Source of the DNA: Vitreoscilla sp.
Lineage (GTDB): Bacteria; Pseudomonadota; Gammaproteobacteria; Burkholderiales; Neisseriaceae
DNA: 64,000 nucleotides
NCBI GenBank assembly: GCA_030150505.1
Contig: JASLFS010000043.1
Location: 2,573-66,572 of the forward strand
Reading direction: 5' to 3'
The stretch's first letter is position 1, and each line of letters starts with the position of its first letter. Below are positions 20,107-29,899 of this stretch, piece by piece. The position numbers were made by a program, and so were the translations under genes. Under the pieces are notes generated by a model. That model was not told where the DNA came from, did not search any database, and was given only the letters and a program-made list of their open reading frames with translations.

Positions 20107-22086
20107 TTAAACATCTGCTTCAACTTGATCGCCATGTTCTTCCATCCAAGCTCGGCGGCTAGCTGCTTCGCCTTTGCCCATTAGCTTAATGAAAATGTCA
20201 CGAGTTTGTTCCATTTCTTCAGCCGGAATTTGGACTTGTAGAAGCCTACGAGTATCTGATTGCATGGTGGTGTCTTTTAATTGTTCAGGATTCATTTCAC
20301 CCAAACCTTTAAATCGGCTAATGCTATATGCCGATTCTTTGACACCTTCTTTTTTCAAGCGCTCAATAATACTGTCGTATTCTTGTTGATCCAAAGCATA
20401 CAATTTTCTGGCTGGTTTATTTTTACCTTGTGAGCTGACATCAATGCGAAATAGAGGAGGTTGCGCAACATAAATATGACCATGTTCAATCAGCTTTGGA
20501 AAATGCTTAAAGAACAAGGTTAGTAATAAAACTTGAATGTGAGAGCCATCAACGTCCGCATCCGATAAAATCGCAATTTTGCCATAACGCAAGCCTGATA
20601 AATCAACATCATCTTTGATATCATGTGGATCTACGCCAAAAGCAACAGCCATGTCATGAATTTCATTGTTTGCAAATAATTGATCTCGCTGGGTTTCAAG
20701 GCTATTTAATACTTTTCCTCGTAAAGGCAAGATAGCTTGTGTGCCTTTGTCTCTGGCTAATTTAGCTGAACCACCTGCCGAATCACCTTCGACAAGAAAT
20801 AATTCATTTTCACGAATGTCTTCACTTTCGCAATCGGTTAGTTTGCCTGGTAAAACAGCAACGCCAGAACCTTTTTTCTTTTCAATTTTTTTAACTGAGC
20901 GAATGCGTGCTTGTGCTTGTTTAATGGCTAATTCAGCAATTTTTTTGCCGTATTCAATATTTTGGTTTAACCATAATTCAATCGGATCGGCGCACACATT
21001 GGCAACCAAACGCAAGGCATCACGATTGGTCAGTTTGTCTTTGGTTTGACCTTGGAATTGCGGGTCCAATAGGCGTGCAGATAAGACAAAAGCCACTTTA
21101 TTGAAAACATCGTCTGATTGAACTTTTACGCCGCGCGGTAGCAAATTATGCAATTGAATAAAATTATTCACTGCATGAAAAACTGCTTGTTTTAAGCCAG
21201 CTTCATGTGTTCCACCAAGGGCTGTTGGGATTAAGTTAACGTAGCTTTCACTTAAAGCGGTACCGTCTTCAATCCACGTTAATGCAAATGAAGCACCTTC
21301 GCCTACTGAAAAATCACTTTGCTCATCTTGAATATAGTTTTCAGCACTGAAAATAGGAACCAGTTCTTCAACATTATTGACCATATCCAATAAGTAGCTC
21401 TTTAGCCCTTGAGGATAATGCCATGTTTGACTATCTGCTTCTTGCTGTTGAGTTTCTTTGTGTAAGGTAACGGTAACACCTGGCAGTAAAACCGCTTTAG
21501 AGCGCAATAATCTCTCTAATTCTGCAATAGAATAATTGGGGTTTTCGAAGTATTTGCTATTTGGCCAAATGCGAACGGTTGTTCCTTGGTCTTTCTTCGC
21601 ACAAGTGCCAATTTCAGTTAATGGCTCAATGACATCACCGCCAGAAAATGTAATTTTCCAAACTTTGCCATCACGTTTGACTGTCACTTCTAAGCGAGTA
21701 GATAGTGCATTGGTGACCGAAACACCAACACCATGCAAGCCACCAGAGAAGGCATAAGCTCCGCCGTCTTTTTTATTAAATTTTCCCCCAGCATGTAATT
21801 GGGTGAAAACAAGCTGAACAACGCTAATTTTTTCTTGTGGATGTAAACCGACAGGAATGCCTCGACCATTGTCACTAACGCTCATGGAGCCATCGGTGTG
21901 AATGGTGACATCAATTTTATTAGCATACCCACCTAGAGCCTCGTCAGCTGCATTATCAATGACTTCTTGGCATATGTGAGTTGGACTATCGGTGCGAGTG
22001 TACATGCCAGGGCGCTCTTTAACGGGCTCCAAGCCTTTTAAAACGGTTACACTGCTTTCATCATATTGTTTTTGTTGTTCAGTCAT
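20107..22086 (-). CDS. parE: DNA topoisomerase IV subunit B
   Basis: GHKL ATPase and Toprim domains. The N-terminus (VLKGLEPVKERPGMYTRTDSPTHICQEVIDNAADEA) and the roughly 660-aa length match ParE rather than the roughly 800-aa GyrB. The ATG at 22086 is preferred, because the longer ORF would run through the upstream terminator. Confidence 0.93.
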   Translation of the reverse strand: MTEQQKQYDESSVTVLKGLEPVKERPGMYTRTDSPTHICQEVIDNAADEALGGYANKIDVTIHTDGSMSVSDNGRGIPVGLHPQEKISVVQLVFTQLHAGGKFNKKDGGAYAFSGGLHGVGVSVTNALSTRLEVTVKRDGKVWKITFSGGDVIEPLTEIGTCAKKDQGTTVRIWPNSKYFENPNYSIAELERLLRSKAVLLPGVTVTLHKETQQQEADSQTWHYPQGLKSYLLDMVNNVEELVPIFSAENYIQDEQSDFSVGEGASFALTWIEDGTALSESYVNLIPTALGGTHEAGLKQAVFHAVNNFIQLHNLLPRGVKVQSDDVFNKVAFVLSARLLDPQFQGQTKDKLTNRDALRLVANVCADPIELWLNQNIEYGKKIAELAIKQAQARIRSVKKIEKKKGSGVAVLPGKLTDCESEDIRENELFLVEGDSAGGSAKLARDKGTQAILPLRGKVLNSLETQRDQLFANNEIHDMAVAFGVDPHDIKDDVDLSGLRYGKIAILSDADVDGSHIQVLLLTLFFKHFPKLIEHGHIYVAQPPLFRIDVSSQGKNKPARKLYALDQQEYDSIIERLKKEGVKESAYSISRFKGLGEMNPEQLKDTTMQSDTRRLLQVQIPAEEMEQTRDIFIKLMGKGEAASRRAWMEEHGDQVEADV

Positions 22087-22131
22087 TTTACTGCCTTGTA
22101 CTGAGGTAAAAAGGTGGTTATTAAAATACTT

Positions 22132-22167
22132 CAAAAAATAATTGCCTGAAGTTTATCAGGCAATTTT
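22132..22167 (-). terminator. Terminator after rppH
   Basis: Stem ATTGCCTGA / TCAGGCAAT. On the minus strand a T-run follows (plus-strand A-run 22133-22138). Confidence 0.65.
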
Positions 22168-22175
22168 GGTTCTGT

Positions 22176-22697
22176 TTATTTTTTCTCACTAGCTTGTTGA
22201 GCTAGATAACATTCTAAACTATCGATTTCAGGTAGAAATTTTGAAAGTTCTAATAAAGCTTCTTGATAGACATCACGCTTAAAGTCGATAACTTCGTCAA
22301 TGGGAGCCCAATAGTGATGCCAGCGCCAAGCATCAAATTCTGGATGAGTGCTAGCACGCAAGGAGACATCAGATTCACGCCCGACTAAACGCAATAAATA
22401 CCAAATTTGCTTTTGCCCTTTATAAGAGCCACGCCATTCTCGTCGCACCCAATGCGTTGGTACATCATAACGTAACCAGTCTTTGGTTCTGCCCACAATC
22501 TTAACATGATTAGGGAGTAGGCCAACTTCTTCTAACAACTCCCTATACATTGCTGCTTCTGGGCTTTCACCTGGCTTTATTCCACCTTGAGGGAATTGCC
22601 AAGAGTATTCTTTGACACGTTTTCCCCAAAATACTTCGTTCTGATTATTGGTGATGATGATGCCTACATTAGGGCGATAACCTTCTCTGTCTAACAT
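22176..22697 (-). CDS. rppH: RNA pyrophosphohydrolase (NUDIX)
   Basis: Collinear with E. coli RppH from [13 protein letters not shown]. Nudix box [23 protein letters not shown]. The start is set at the ATG at 22697. Confidence 0.92.
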   Translation of the reverse strand: MLDREGYRPNVGIIITNNQNEVFWGKRVKEYSWQFPQGGIKPGESPEAAMYRELLEEVGLLPNHVKIVGRTKDWLRYDVPTHWVRREWRGSYKGQKQIWYLLRLVGRESDVSLRASTHPEFDAWRWHHYWAPIDEVIDFKRDVYQEALLELSKFLPEIDSLECYLAQQASEKK

Positions 22698-22977
22698 AAC
22701 CTCGCCCAATTTAAATATTGAATGACCCTGATTTTCCCATAAAAAGACAGTACCCGCTAGCATTCAGTAGGCGAAGAGGTATAAAATAAGTGCCTTCGCG
22801 CTGTTAACGCAAATTGTTTCGTGTTTTTCCAGTAAAAAAACTTGTCACAGGTAGTAAATAACCGTTTAATAGCAACTACGTTGGAGATGGATTAATAAAC
22901 CGCTTATAAAAAAGATAAAGAGCGGGGAGAAAAACATAGTTCTTATTACTTTATTATGTGTTAAGGAGAGAAACTTA

Positions 22978-24144
22978 ATGAATAAACATTTACTTGCCTC
23001 TGCAATCATGGCAATGTTGTTGACAGCGTGTGGTGGTGAAGGTGGAAATGCAGACTCTTCTTCAGCTGCTTCAGATAGTACGGCAAGTAGCACATCAGAT
23101 AATGCGGCTGCGCCAAGAAAAAATAGTCAATTGAATATTTATAATTGGTCTGATTATGTTGATCCTGAAACCATTCAATCTTTTGAAAAAGCCAATAATG
23201 TTTCAGTTCGTTATGATTACTACGATAGCAATGAAACTTTAGAAGCCAAAGTATTAACTGGGAAATCTGGTTATGATTTGGTGGCACCAAGTATTTCTCA
23301 TGCTGGACGTCAGATTCAAGCTGGTGCTTATCAAAAGGTTGATAAGAGCCAGATTTCTAATTACAACAATATTGATCCGCAATTGCTGATTTTAATGGAG
23401 CAAGTTGATCCGGGTAATCAATATGCAGTTCCTTACTTCTGGGGAATTAATACAATTGGTATTAATGAAGCCAAAGTAAAAGCTGCTTTAGGCGGTGAAT
23501 TGCCTGATAACGCTTGGGAATTGATCTTTAATCCTGAATATACCAGCAAATTGAAATCATGCGGTATCAGTATTTTAGATAGCCCAACCGAAGTATTCCC
23601 AACGGTATTAAACTACATGGGTAAAGAAACCCACAGTGAAGATCCTGAGGATTTAAAAGCTGCGGCTGATGTTCTTAAAAAAGTACGTTCAGATTTCAAA
23701 CGCTTCAGTTCATCTGGTTATATTGATGACATTGCACGTGGTGATTTATGTGTAGCCATGGGTTACAACGGCGATTTAAATATTGCGGCACGCCGTGCTG
23801 AAGAAGCTAAGGCTGATAAAGTTGTTGTTTTGGTACCTAATACTGGTTTTGGTGTGTGGATTGACTCTTTCTTGATTCCAAAAGATTCACAAAATACTGC
23901 CAATGCTTATAAGTACATTAACAATACGTTAGAACCAAGTGTTGCTGCTCAAAATGGTAATTTTGTGACGTTTGCTCCAGCGAGCAATGGTGCGAAAGCA
24001 TTAATGGATCCTAAATTAGCCAATGATCAATCAATCTTCCCTACTGAGGCTCAAATGGCCAAAAGCTTTGTGATGAAGCCAATGACGCCAAAATCAGTGA
24101 AGCTTGCGGTGAGATTGTGGCAGGGCATCAAAGCCGGTCAATGA
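22978..24144 (+). CDS. Polyamine (putrescine/spermidine) ABC-transporter substrate-binding lipoprotein, PotF/PotD-like
   Basis: Lipobox LLTAC followed by a Ser/Ala-rich linker. PotF-type body (LNIYNWSDYVDPETI, YAVPYFWG). No permease or ATPase genes are adjacent. Confidence 0.85.
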   Translation: MNKHLLASAIMAMLLTACGGEGGNADSSSAASDSTASSTSDNAAAPRKNSQLNIYNWSDYVDPETIQSFEKANNVSVRYDYYDSNETLEAKVLTGKSGYDLVAPSISHAGRQIQAGAYQKVDKSQISNYNNIDPQLLILMEQVDPGNQYAVPYFWGINTIGINEAKVKAALGGELPDNAWELIFNPEYTSKLKSCGISILDSPTEVFPTVLNYMGKETHSEDPEDLKAAADVLKKVRSDFKRFSSSGYIDDIARGDLCVAMGYNGDLNIAARRAEEAKADKVVVLVPNTGFGVWIDSFLIPKDSQNTANAYKYINNTLEPSVAAQNGNFVTFAPASNGAKALMDPKLANDQSIFPTEAQMAKSFVMKPMTPKSVKLAVRLWQGIKAGQ

Positions 24145-24167
24145 TTTAACCGTTAGAAAGAAATAAC

Positions 24168-24195
24168 AATCCCGCTTTTTAAGCGGGATTTTTTA
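24168..24195 (+). terminator. Rho-independent terminator after the PotF-like gene
   Basis: 10-bp stem AATCCCGCTT / AAGCGGGATT with a 3-nt loop and a T-run. Confidence 0.85.
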
Positions 24196-24565
24196 TGTGT
24201 TGTGAAAATGAATAATTTCAGTTGGCTTGTAAATTAAGAATGTAGAAAGGTATTTGTAATTTAGATTGGGTGTTTTATTAACTTAAAATATCAAGGATAA
24301 ATCATTTTTTAATATATTTTCGTATGAATTCGCATTGGATTAATTTAATATTTTTGGAATATATTGCTTGAGTTATTTGTTTGGAATTTTTTATTTTCAG
24401 AAAATTTCTTAATTTAAGCCTATTTTGAATAAAAAAGGCTAAATTTTCTGATTGATAAGTTTTTTTACATTATACTAGCAACATTTTTATCATGGTATTC
24501 TTGTTTGTTGAAGTATCTACAAGAGGATAACAGTTGTTAAATCTTTTTATGAGATTGAAAGTAAT

Positions 24566-25759
24566 ATGCAGAAGATTATAGGCAGCATTTTTATTGTTGC
24601 TGGAACAACGATTGGCGCAGGTATGTTGGCAATGCCGATTATATCTGCCAATGTTGGTTTTGGTTTTATGGCACTTATTTTAAGTACTATTTGGTTTGCG
24701 ATGTTTTATACATCTATTTTATTGGTGGATGTTTATCGGTACAACTCTTGTAATGATGGCTTGAATACGTTGACTATTAAGTATTTGGGCAATGGTGGGG
24801 CGGTCATTACGGCATTAAGCATGTTAAGTTTGATGTACGCTTTGGTCAGTGCTTATATTACAGGTGGTGGTGACATTGTACGCTCGAATTTAGATCACAT
24901 ATTTGATATTCATTTGAGCTCACAAGTATCGGCGATTGTGTTTGCTTTGTTGTTTGGTGGAATTATCGCATTTGGTACGCGTTTGGTTGATATTAGTACC
25001 AAGATAGTTTTTTCAGTCAAAATATTATTTTTATGTGTGGTTATGGGCATGTTGCTGCCGCACATTGAGGCTGATAATTTACAATATATCCCATTGAAAA
25101 TGGGACCTGTTTTGGCGACGATTCCTGTGGTGTTTACATCATTTGGTTTTTATGTGGTTATTCCAAGCTTGGTCAAATACTTGGATGGGAATTTAAAGCA
25201 GCTAAAATGGGTGTTTTTCTTTGGTAGTATCATTCCGCTGATATTGTATTTGGTTTGGGAATTAACCATATTAGGCAATGTCGGCAGTGGTACTTTTGGG
25301 CAAATTATTGCTCAAAATAGTGGCTTGGATGGATTGTTAAAAGCCATTCGTGAAATACATGATTCACAATTAATTAAAATCGCTTTCAATATTTTTGCTG
25401 CTGCAGCCATTTTGACATCATTCTGGGGCGTTGCTTTGGCGTTGAGTGATTATATTAAGGATTTGGGTAAGAAATACGTTATTGGCCGCAATAAATTGTT
25501 GGTTATGCTGTTAACCTTTGTACCACCATTATTGTTTGCTTTGCTTTCTCCTGATGGTTTTGTGATTGCTTTGGGATATGCCTCAATTTCTTTGGTTATT
25601 TTGGCCTTGTTAATGCCGATGTTAATGTTAAGAAAAGCACAGCGAATTGCTGGTGAAGTGCAATCTTCATGGCAAAAAATAATCTTTGTGTTTTTGGGAT
25701 TGTTATCTATTTTGATTATTGTTTTGCAGGTTTTATTGGTAGCAGGGTACTTAACGTAA
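24566..25759 (+). CDS. tyrP: Aromatic amino acid (tyrosine-specific-like) permease, Mtr/TnaB/TyrP family
   Basis: Collinear with E. coli TyrP as I recall it (GSIFIVAGTTIGAGMLAMP, IPVVFTSFGF, GNLKQLKWVFFFGS). Multi-pass membrane protein. Confidence 0.85.
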   Translation: MQKIIGSIFIVAGTTIGAGMLAMPIISANVGFGFMALILSTIWFAMFYTSILLVDVYRYNSCNDGLNTLTIKYLGNGGAVITALSMLSLMYALVSAYITGGGDIVRSNLDHIFDIHLSSQVSAIVFALLFGGIIAFGTRLVDISTKIVFSVKILFLCVVMGMLLPHIEADNLQYIPLKMGPVLATIPVVFTSFGFYVVIPSLVKYLDGNLKQLKWVFFFGSIIPLILYLVWELTILGNVGSGTFGQIIAQNSGLDGLLKAIREIHDSQLIKIAFNIFAAAAILTSFWGVALALSDYIKDLGKKYVIGRNKLLVMLLTFVPPLLFALLSPDGFVIALGYASISLVILALLMPMLMLRKAQRIAGEVQSSWQKIIFVFLGLLSILIIVLQVLLVAGYLT

Positions 25760-25771
25760 GTAATTTATTTC

Positions 25772-25810
25772 AAAAAAAAGACCGATTAGTGATTAATCGG
25801 TCTTTTTTAT
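25772..25810 (+). terminator. Rho-independent terminator after tyrP
   Basis: A-run, stem GACCGATTA / TAATCGGTC with a 5-nt loop, then a T-run. Confidence 0.85.
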
Positions 25811-25814
25811 TTTT

Positions 25815-25826
25815 TACAGGCAGCCT
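25815..25826 (-). repeat. Near-DUS (AGGCTGCCTGTA, one mismatch)
   Basis: TACAGGCAGCCT immediately downstream of the tyrP terminator. Confidence 0.45.
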
Positions 25827-26091
25827 GCTTTTTAAATTTATTTATTCATATATTAATAAATAAATATTTATTCTGAAATTTTAGTTTTATATAAAGCATT
25901 TGTTTTTTATAAAAATTATTAAATCATTTGGCATTAAAATGGCTTTTTAAATATATGCTATTGATATGTATTATATTAATTTATCTATTGTATTAATTTT
26001 TTTTATAAAAAAATCCTTGATTTGTATTTTTAGAATAGTATTATAAAAAAGTAATCTAATATTTGAATATTAACTAATGAGGAGTGATGTA

Positions 26092-27579
26092 ATGAAAATG
26101 CTTAAAGATTTAGCAGAAAACTTACGTCCAAATGCACAATATCAATTGTTAATTAATGGCCAATTTCAAGCTGCTTCTACTGGCAAGACATTTGAAAGCC
26201 ATAATCCTGCAACAGGTGAAAAATTAGCTACTTTAGCAGAAGCAAGTCAAGAAGATGTTGACTTGGCTGTTAAAAGTGCATGGGCAGCTTTTGCTAGCTG
26301 GAGCTTAACATCCCCAGCAGAACGCTCAGCAGTTTTGTTGAAAATTGCTGACAAATTAGAAGCTGAATGTGAGCGTTTTGCGACATTAGAAACATTGGAT
26401 AATGGTAAACCAATTCGTGAAACCATGAATGTGGATATTCCTGCTGCAGTTGACCATTTCCGTTATTTCGCTGGTGTTATCCGTGCTCATAGCGATGAAG
26501 CTGATGTTATCGATAAAGACACTTTGAGCTTGGTATTGAGCGAGCCTATTGGTGTTGTGGGTCAAATTATTCCTTGGAACTTCCCATTCTTAATGGGTGC
26601 TTGGAAAATTGCTCCTGCATTGGCTGCGGGTAACTGTATTGTGATTAAACCTTCTAAAGAAACTTCTATTTCTTTGATTGAGTTTGGTCGTATTTTAAAT
26701 GAATGCTTGCCTGCTGGCGTGGTTAACATTTTAACTGGTTCTGGTTCTAGAACTGGTCAATTTATGTTGGATCATGATGATTTCAGTAAATTAGCATTTA
26801 CTGGTTCAACTGATATCGGCTACAACGTAGCAAAAGCAGCTGCTGAAAAATTGATCCCAGCTACATTGGAGCTTGGTGGTAAATCTGCGAACATCGTCTT
26901 CAAAGATGCGCAAATGGACAAAGCTGTAGAAGGTGCTGCAATTGGTATCTTGTTCAACCAAGGTCAAGTTTGCTGTGCTGGTTCTCGTTTGTTGGTACAA
27001 CGTGATATCTATGATGAATTCTTGGTTCAATTAAAAGCTAAGTTTGAATCAGTTAAAGTAGGTGATCCATTGGATCCAACTACTCAAATGGGTACGCAAG
27101 TTAGCGACAGCCAAATGAAAAAAATCTTGAGCTTTGTAGATGTTGCTCATGCTGATGGCGCTCGTTTGTTAACTGGTGGTGAGCGTTGTGGTGAAACAGG
27201 TGCGTTTGTACGCCCAACAATTATTGCTGATTGCAAACCAGATATGCGCATTTCTTGCGAAGAAGTATTTGGTCCTGTATTGGCAGTGATTCCATTTGAT
27301 ACTGAAGAAGAAGCTATTGCTATCGCTAACAATAGTGAATTTGGTTTGGGTGGTGCTGTATGGAGCCGTGATATTAACCGCGCTATTCGTGTGGCTAAAG
27401 GCGTTCGTACTGGTCGTATGTGGGTTAACTGTTATAACCAATTGCCAGCTCATGCTCCATTTGGTGGTTATAAAAAATCAGGTATTGGTCGTGAGACTCA
27501 TAAAATGATTTTGGAAGCTTACACTCAGAAGAAAAATATTTTCATTAGCACTTCTGAAGCTTTGACTGGTTTGTTCTAA
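26092..27579 (+). CDS. NAD(P)-dependent aldehyde dehydrogenase
   Basis: ALDH motifs ELGGKS and FNQGQVCCAGSR (catalytic Cys). The ATG at 26092 lies 7 nt after GAGGAG (26079-26084). Confidence 0.9.
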   Translation: MKMLKDLAENLRPNAQYQLLINGQFQAASTGKTFESHNPATGEKLATLAEASQEDVDLAVKSAWAAFASWSLTSPAERSAVLLKIADKLEAECERFATLETLDNGKPIRETMNVDIPAAVDHFRYFAGVIRAHSDEADVIDKDTLSLVLSEPIGVVGQIIPWNFPFLMGAWKIAPALAAGNCIVIKPSKETSISLIEFGRILNECLPAGVVNILTGSGSRTGQFMLDHDDFSKLAFTGSTDIGYNVAKAAAEKLIPATLELGGKSANIVFKDAQMDKAVEGAAIGILFNQGQVCCAGSRLLVQRDIYDEFLVQLKAKFESVKVGDPLDPTTQMGTQVSDSQMKKILSFVDVAHADGARLLTGGERCGETGAFVRPTIIADCKPDMRISCEEVFGPVLAVIPFDTEEEAIAIANNSEFGLGGAVWSRDINRAIRVAKGVRTGRMWVNCYNQLPAHAPFGGYKKSGIGRETHKMILEAYTQKKNIFISTSEALTGLF

Positions 27580-27604
27580 GAACTGGTTAATAGTGAAATG
27601 AAAC

Positions 27605-27634
27605 AAAGCGAAGCAGAAATGCTTCGCTTTTTTG
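27605..27634 (+). terminator. Rho-independent terminator after the aldehyde dehydrogenase gene
   Basis: 11-bp stem AAAGCGAAGCA / TGCTTCGCTTT with loop GAAA and a T-run. Confidence 0.88.
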
Positions 27635-27862
27635 TTGTATTGAGCATTAAAAAAATAGGACAGATTGATTAGAAGAGTCAAATGGAATTCCGAAATTAAT
27701 TAATTTGTCATTTTTATTGGCATAAAATTCTTCTAAAGCTGTATTAATGATTACGATATTTTACATCAGAATGTTTTGACTTATCTTAAGTTTTCATTTA
27801 AATTAAATACTGTCTCTGATTTAAGGATTAAAGAGATACTTTTTTGTAATGATTTTCATTTT

Positions 27863-27892
27863 AAACAGCCATTTATGGCTGTTTTTTTTATG
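27863..27892 (+). terminator. Orphan Rho-independent terminator in the non-coding spacer upstream of bioF
   Basis: AAACAGCCAT / ATGGCTGTTT stem followed by an 8-T run. No credible CDS precedes it. Confidence 0.6.
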
Positions 27893-27966
27893 GTTTTTTG
27901 TCGAGAATTGTCACAATTGGTCGGTGTGGCTGCTAAAATAAGCCGTCCAATGGTTGAGAGTATCGA

Positions 27967-29127
27967 ATGTTTTTTACAAAACGCCTAAAAGAAGCCTTAG
28001 AACAAAAACGAATAGAACAATCGTTAAGAGTTCGAACCATATGTCAATCTAGTACAAGCCAACAAACTTGTCGGATGGTAGTGGATGATAAGGAGTATTT
28101 ATCATTTGGCAGTAATGATTATCTAGGTTTATCTAAGCACCCATCTATTCAGGATTATTTTGTGGAAGGTTTGGCAAAATATGGTGTTGGAAGTGGGGCT
28201 TCTGCTTATGTAACAGGGTTTAGTGAAGCTCATAGCCAGCTAGAAGAAGATTTGGCTAGTTGGCAAGGATATGATCAGGCTATTTTGTTTGATTCTGGGT
28301 TTTCTGCGAATCAGGCATTGGTTTTTGCTTTAATGCAAAAAGATGATGTGATTATTGCAGATAAACTAATGCATGCTTCTTTTCAGGAAGCTGCAAATTT
28401 ATCTCCTGCGAAATTTGTTCGTTATCTTCATGAAAATATAGACCAATTGCAGTTGCGATTGCAGCAATCTTCGCATGGTGCGCGTTTGGTGGCGACAGAA
28501 GGCATTTTTAGCATGGATGGCGATACTGCTGATGTGGTGAGGATTAATCAGCTTTGTCAGGATTATGGCGCTTGGCTGATGGTTGATGAAGCACATAGCG
28601 TTGGTGTTTTAGGGCAAGAAGGCCGAGGTTTATGTGCTAAATTAAATATCAAACCACATATTAAAGTGATTACTTTTGGTAAGGCTTTTGGTTTATCTGG
28701 GGCTGCCATTTTGTGTGATCAATTTGTGGCTGATTATTTTCGACAGATTACTAGGCACTTGATTTATAGCACATCAATGCCGCCTGCTCAGGCTTACGCG
28801 TTACAGGAAGCCTTGCGTATTATCAGACAGGGCGATGGTTTACGAGAAAAACTTGCAGCTAATGTTGATTATTTCAAAAAAAACATTCAATCCTTATCAT
28901 GTTCCGCTAAATTATTAGCATCCAATAGTCCTATTCAGCCAATTGTTTTAGAGGATAATAATGCTGTTTTGCAGGCGGCACTTCAGCTAAAAGAGCAAGG
29001 TTTATGGGTGGGTGCTATTCGTCCTCCTACCGTTCCGAAGAAGGAAGCTCGGCTGAGAATCACATTAAGTGCAGCCCATGAATTTTCTGATATTGATGTT
29101 TTATTGGCGGGTTTGAAGAATGTATAA
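27967..29127 (+). CDS. bioF: 8-amino-7-oxononanoate synthase
   Basis: PLP-dependent alpha-oxoamine synthase (FGSNDYLGLS, DEAHSVGVLG, TFGKAFG with the PLP lysine), followed by bioC and bioD. Confidence 0.88.
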   Translation: MFFTKRLKEALEQKRIEQSLRVRTICQSSTSQQTCRMVVDDKEYLSFGSNDYLGLSKHPSIQDYFVEGLAKYGVGSGASAYVTGFSEAHSQLEEDLASWQGYDQAILFDSGFSANQALVFALMQKDDVIIADKLMHASFQEAANLSPAKFVRYLHENIDQLQLRLQQSSHGARLVATEGIFSMDGDTADVVRINQLCQDYGAWLMVDEAHSVGVLGQEGRGLCAKLNIKPHIKVITFGKAFGLSGAAILCDQFVADYFRQITRHLIYSTSMPPAQAYALQEALRIIRQGDGLREKLAANVDYFKKNIQSLSCSAKLLASNSPIQPIVLEDNNAVLQAALQLKEQGLWVGAIRPPTVPKKEARLRITLSAAHEFSDIDVLLAGLKNV

Positions 29128-29896
29128 AGAAGTTAGCTCGAAGGTGGTTTCATCATCGTTTGCCAATGCGGCTAAAACCTATGATGCAGCTGCGACAGTC
29201 CAGCAACAATCAGCTCAAGCACTGTGCCTTGCTGTAGAGGGATTACCAATTGGTCATGTTTGTTTGGATATTGGTACTGGTACGGGCGCTGTTTTTCAAT
29301 ATTTATCTCAACCAGTCCAACATAAAATTGCTTTTGATATTGCATTGCCCATGTTAGAAATGGCGCAAGACAAAGCCGTTGCCCATCAATATGTATTAGG
29401 AAACGCAGAGTTTTTACCATTTGGCTCTAATACCATTGATTTGTGCATTAGCAATATGGCTTTGCAGTGGTGCGATATTGAGTGTGCTTTACATGAAATT
29501 GAGCGGGTATTAAAACCAAATGCTTATGCTGCCTTAACGTTGGTTATTTCAGGTACCTTTTGGCAGCTTGAGAAAGTATGGTTAGAAGAAGGCTTGGCTT
29601 CGCCAGTGATGCCTTTTGTGCCAGTAGATGGGTTATTAAGCCAACTAGATAGTAGCGATTTGAGATTAGTGGAAAGCAAGCAGCAAGAATATCAGGCGCA
29701 TTATGAAAACTTACATCTTTTGTTAGCGGCGATTAAAAAAACGGGTGCTCAGCAGTATCCGAAAAAGTCGGAGCAGGGCTTGTTAGGGAAAAAACGTTGG
29801 CTTGCATTACAAAAAGGGTATGAGGTTTTTCGGCAGCTTGAAGGTTTGCCATTAAGTTACCGAACCTTGCAGTTGATTGTACAAAAGAAAGGTTAA
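29120..29896 (+). CDS. bioC: Malonyl-ACP O-methyltransferase
   Basis: SAM-methyltransferase motif CLDIGTGTG and an N-terminal FANAAKTYDAAATVQQ segment typical of BioC. Overlaps bioF by 8 nt. Confidence 0.8.
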   Translation: MYKEVSSKVVSSSFANAAKTYDAAATVQQQSAQALCLAVEGLPIGHVCLDIGTGTGAVFQYLSQPVQHKIAFDIALPMLEMAQDKAVAHQYVLGNAEFLPFGSNTIDLCISNMALQWCDIECALHEIERVLKPNAYAALTLVISGTFWQLEKVWLEEGLASPVMPFVPVDGLLSQLDSSDLRLVESKQQEYQAHYENLHLLLAAIKKTGAQQYPKKSEQGLLGKKRWLALQKGYEVFRQLEGLPLSYRTLQLIVQKKG

Positions 29897-29899
29897 AAA

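Noticed and set aside
20107-22086. The name 'parE' as a ParE toxin of a ParDE toxin-antitoxin pair
   Set aside because: The protein is about 660 aa with GHKL ATPase and Toprim domains, so it is topoisomerase IV subunit B, not the roughly 100-aa ParE toxin.
27776-27988. 70-aa ORF (TTG start) in the spacer upstream of bioF
   Set aside because: It reads through a strong intrinsic terminator with an 8-T run, has no RBS and a Phe/Lys-rich composition driven by AT-rich DNA, and overlaps the bioF start. The region is better explained as non-coding RNA or a leader.
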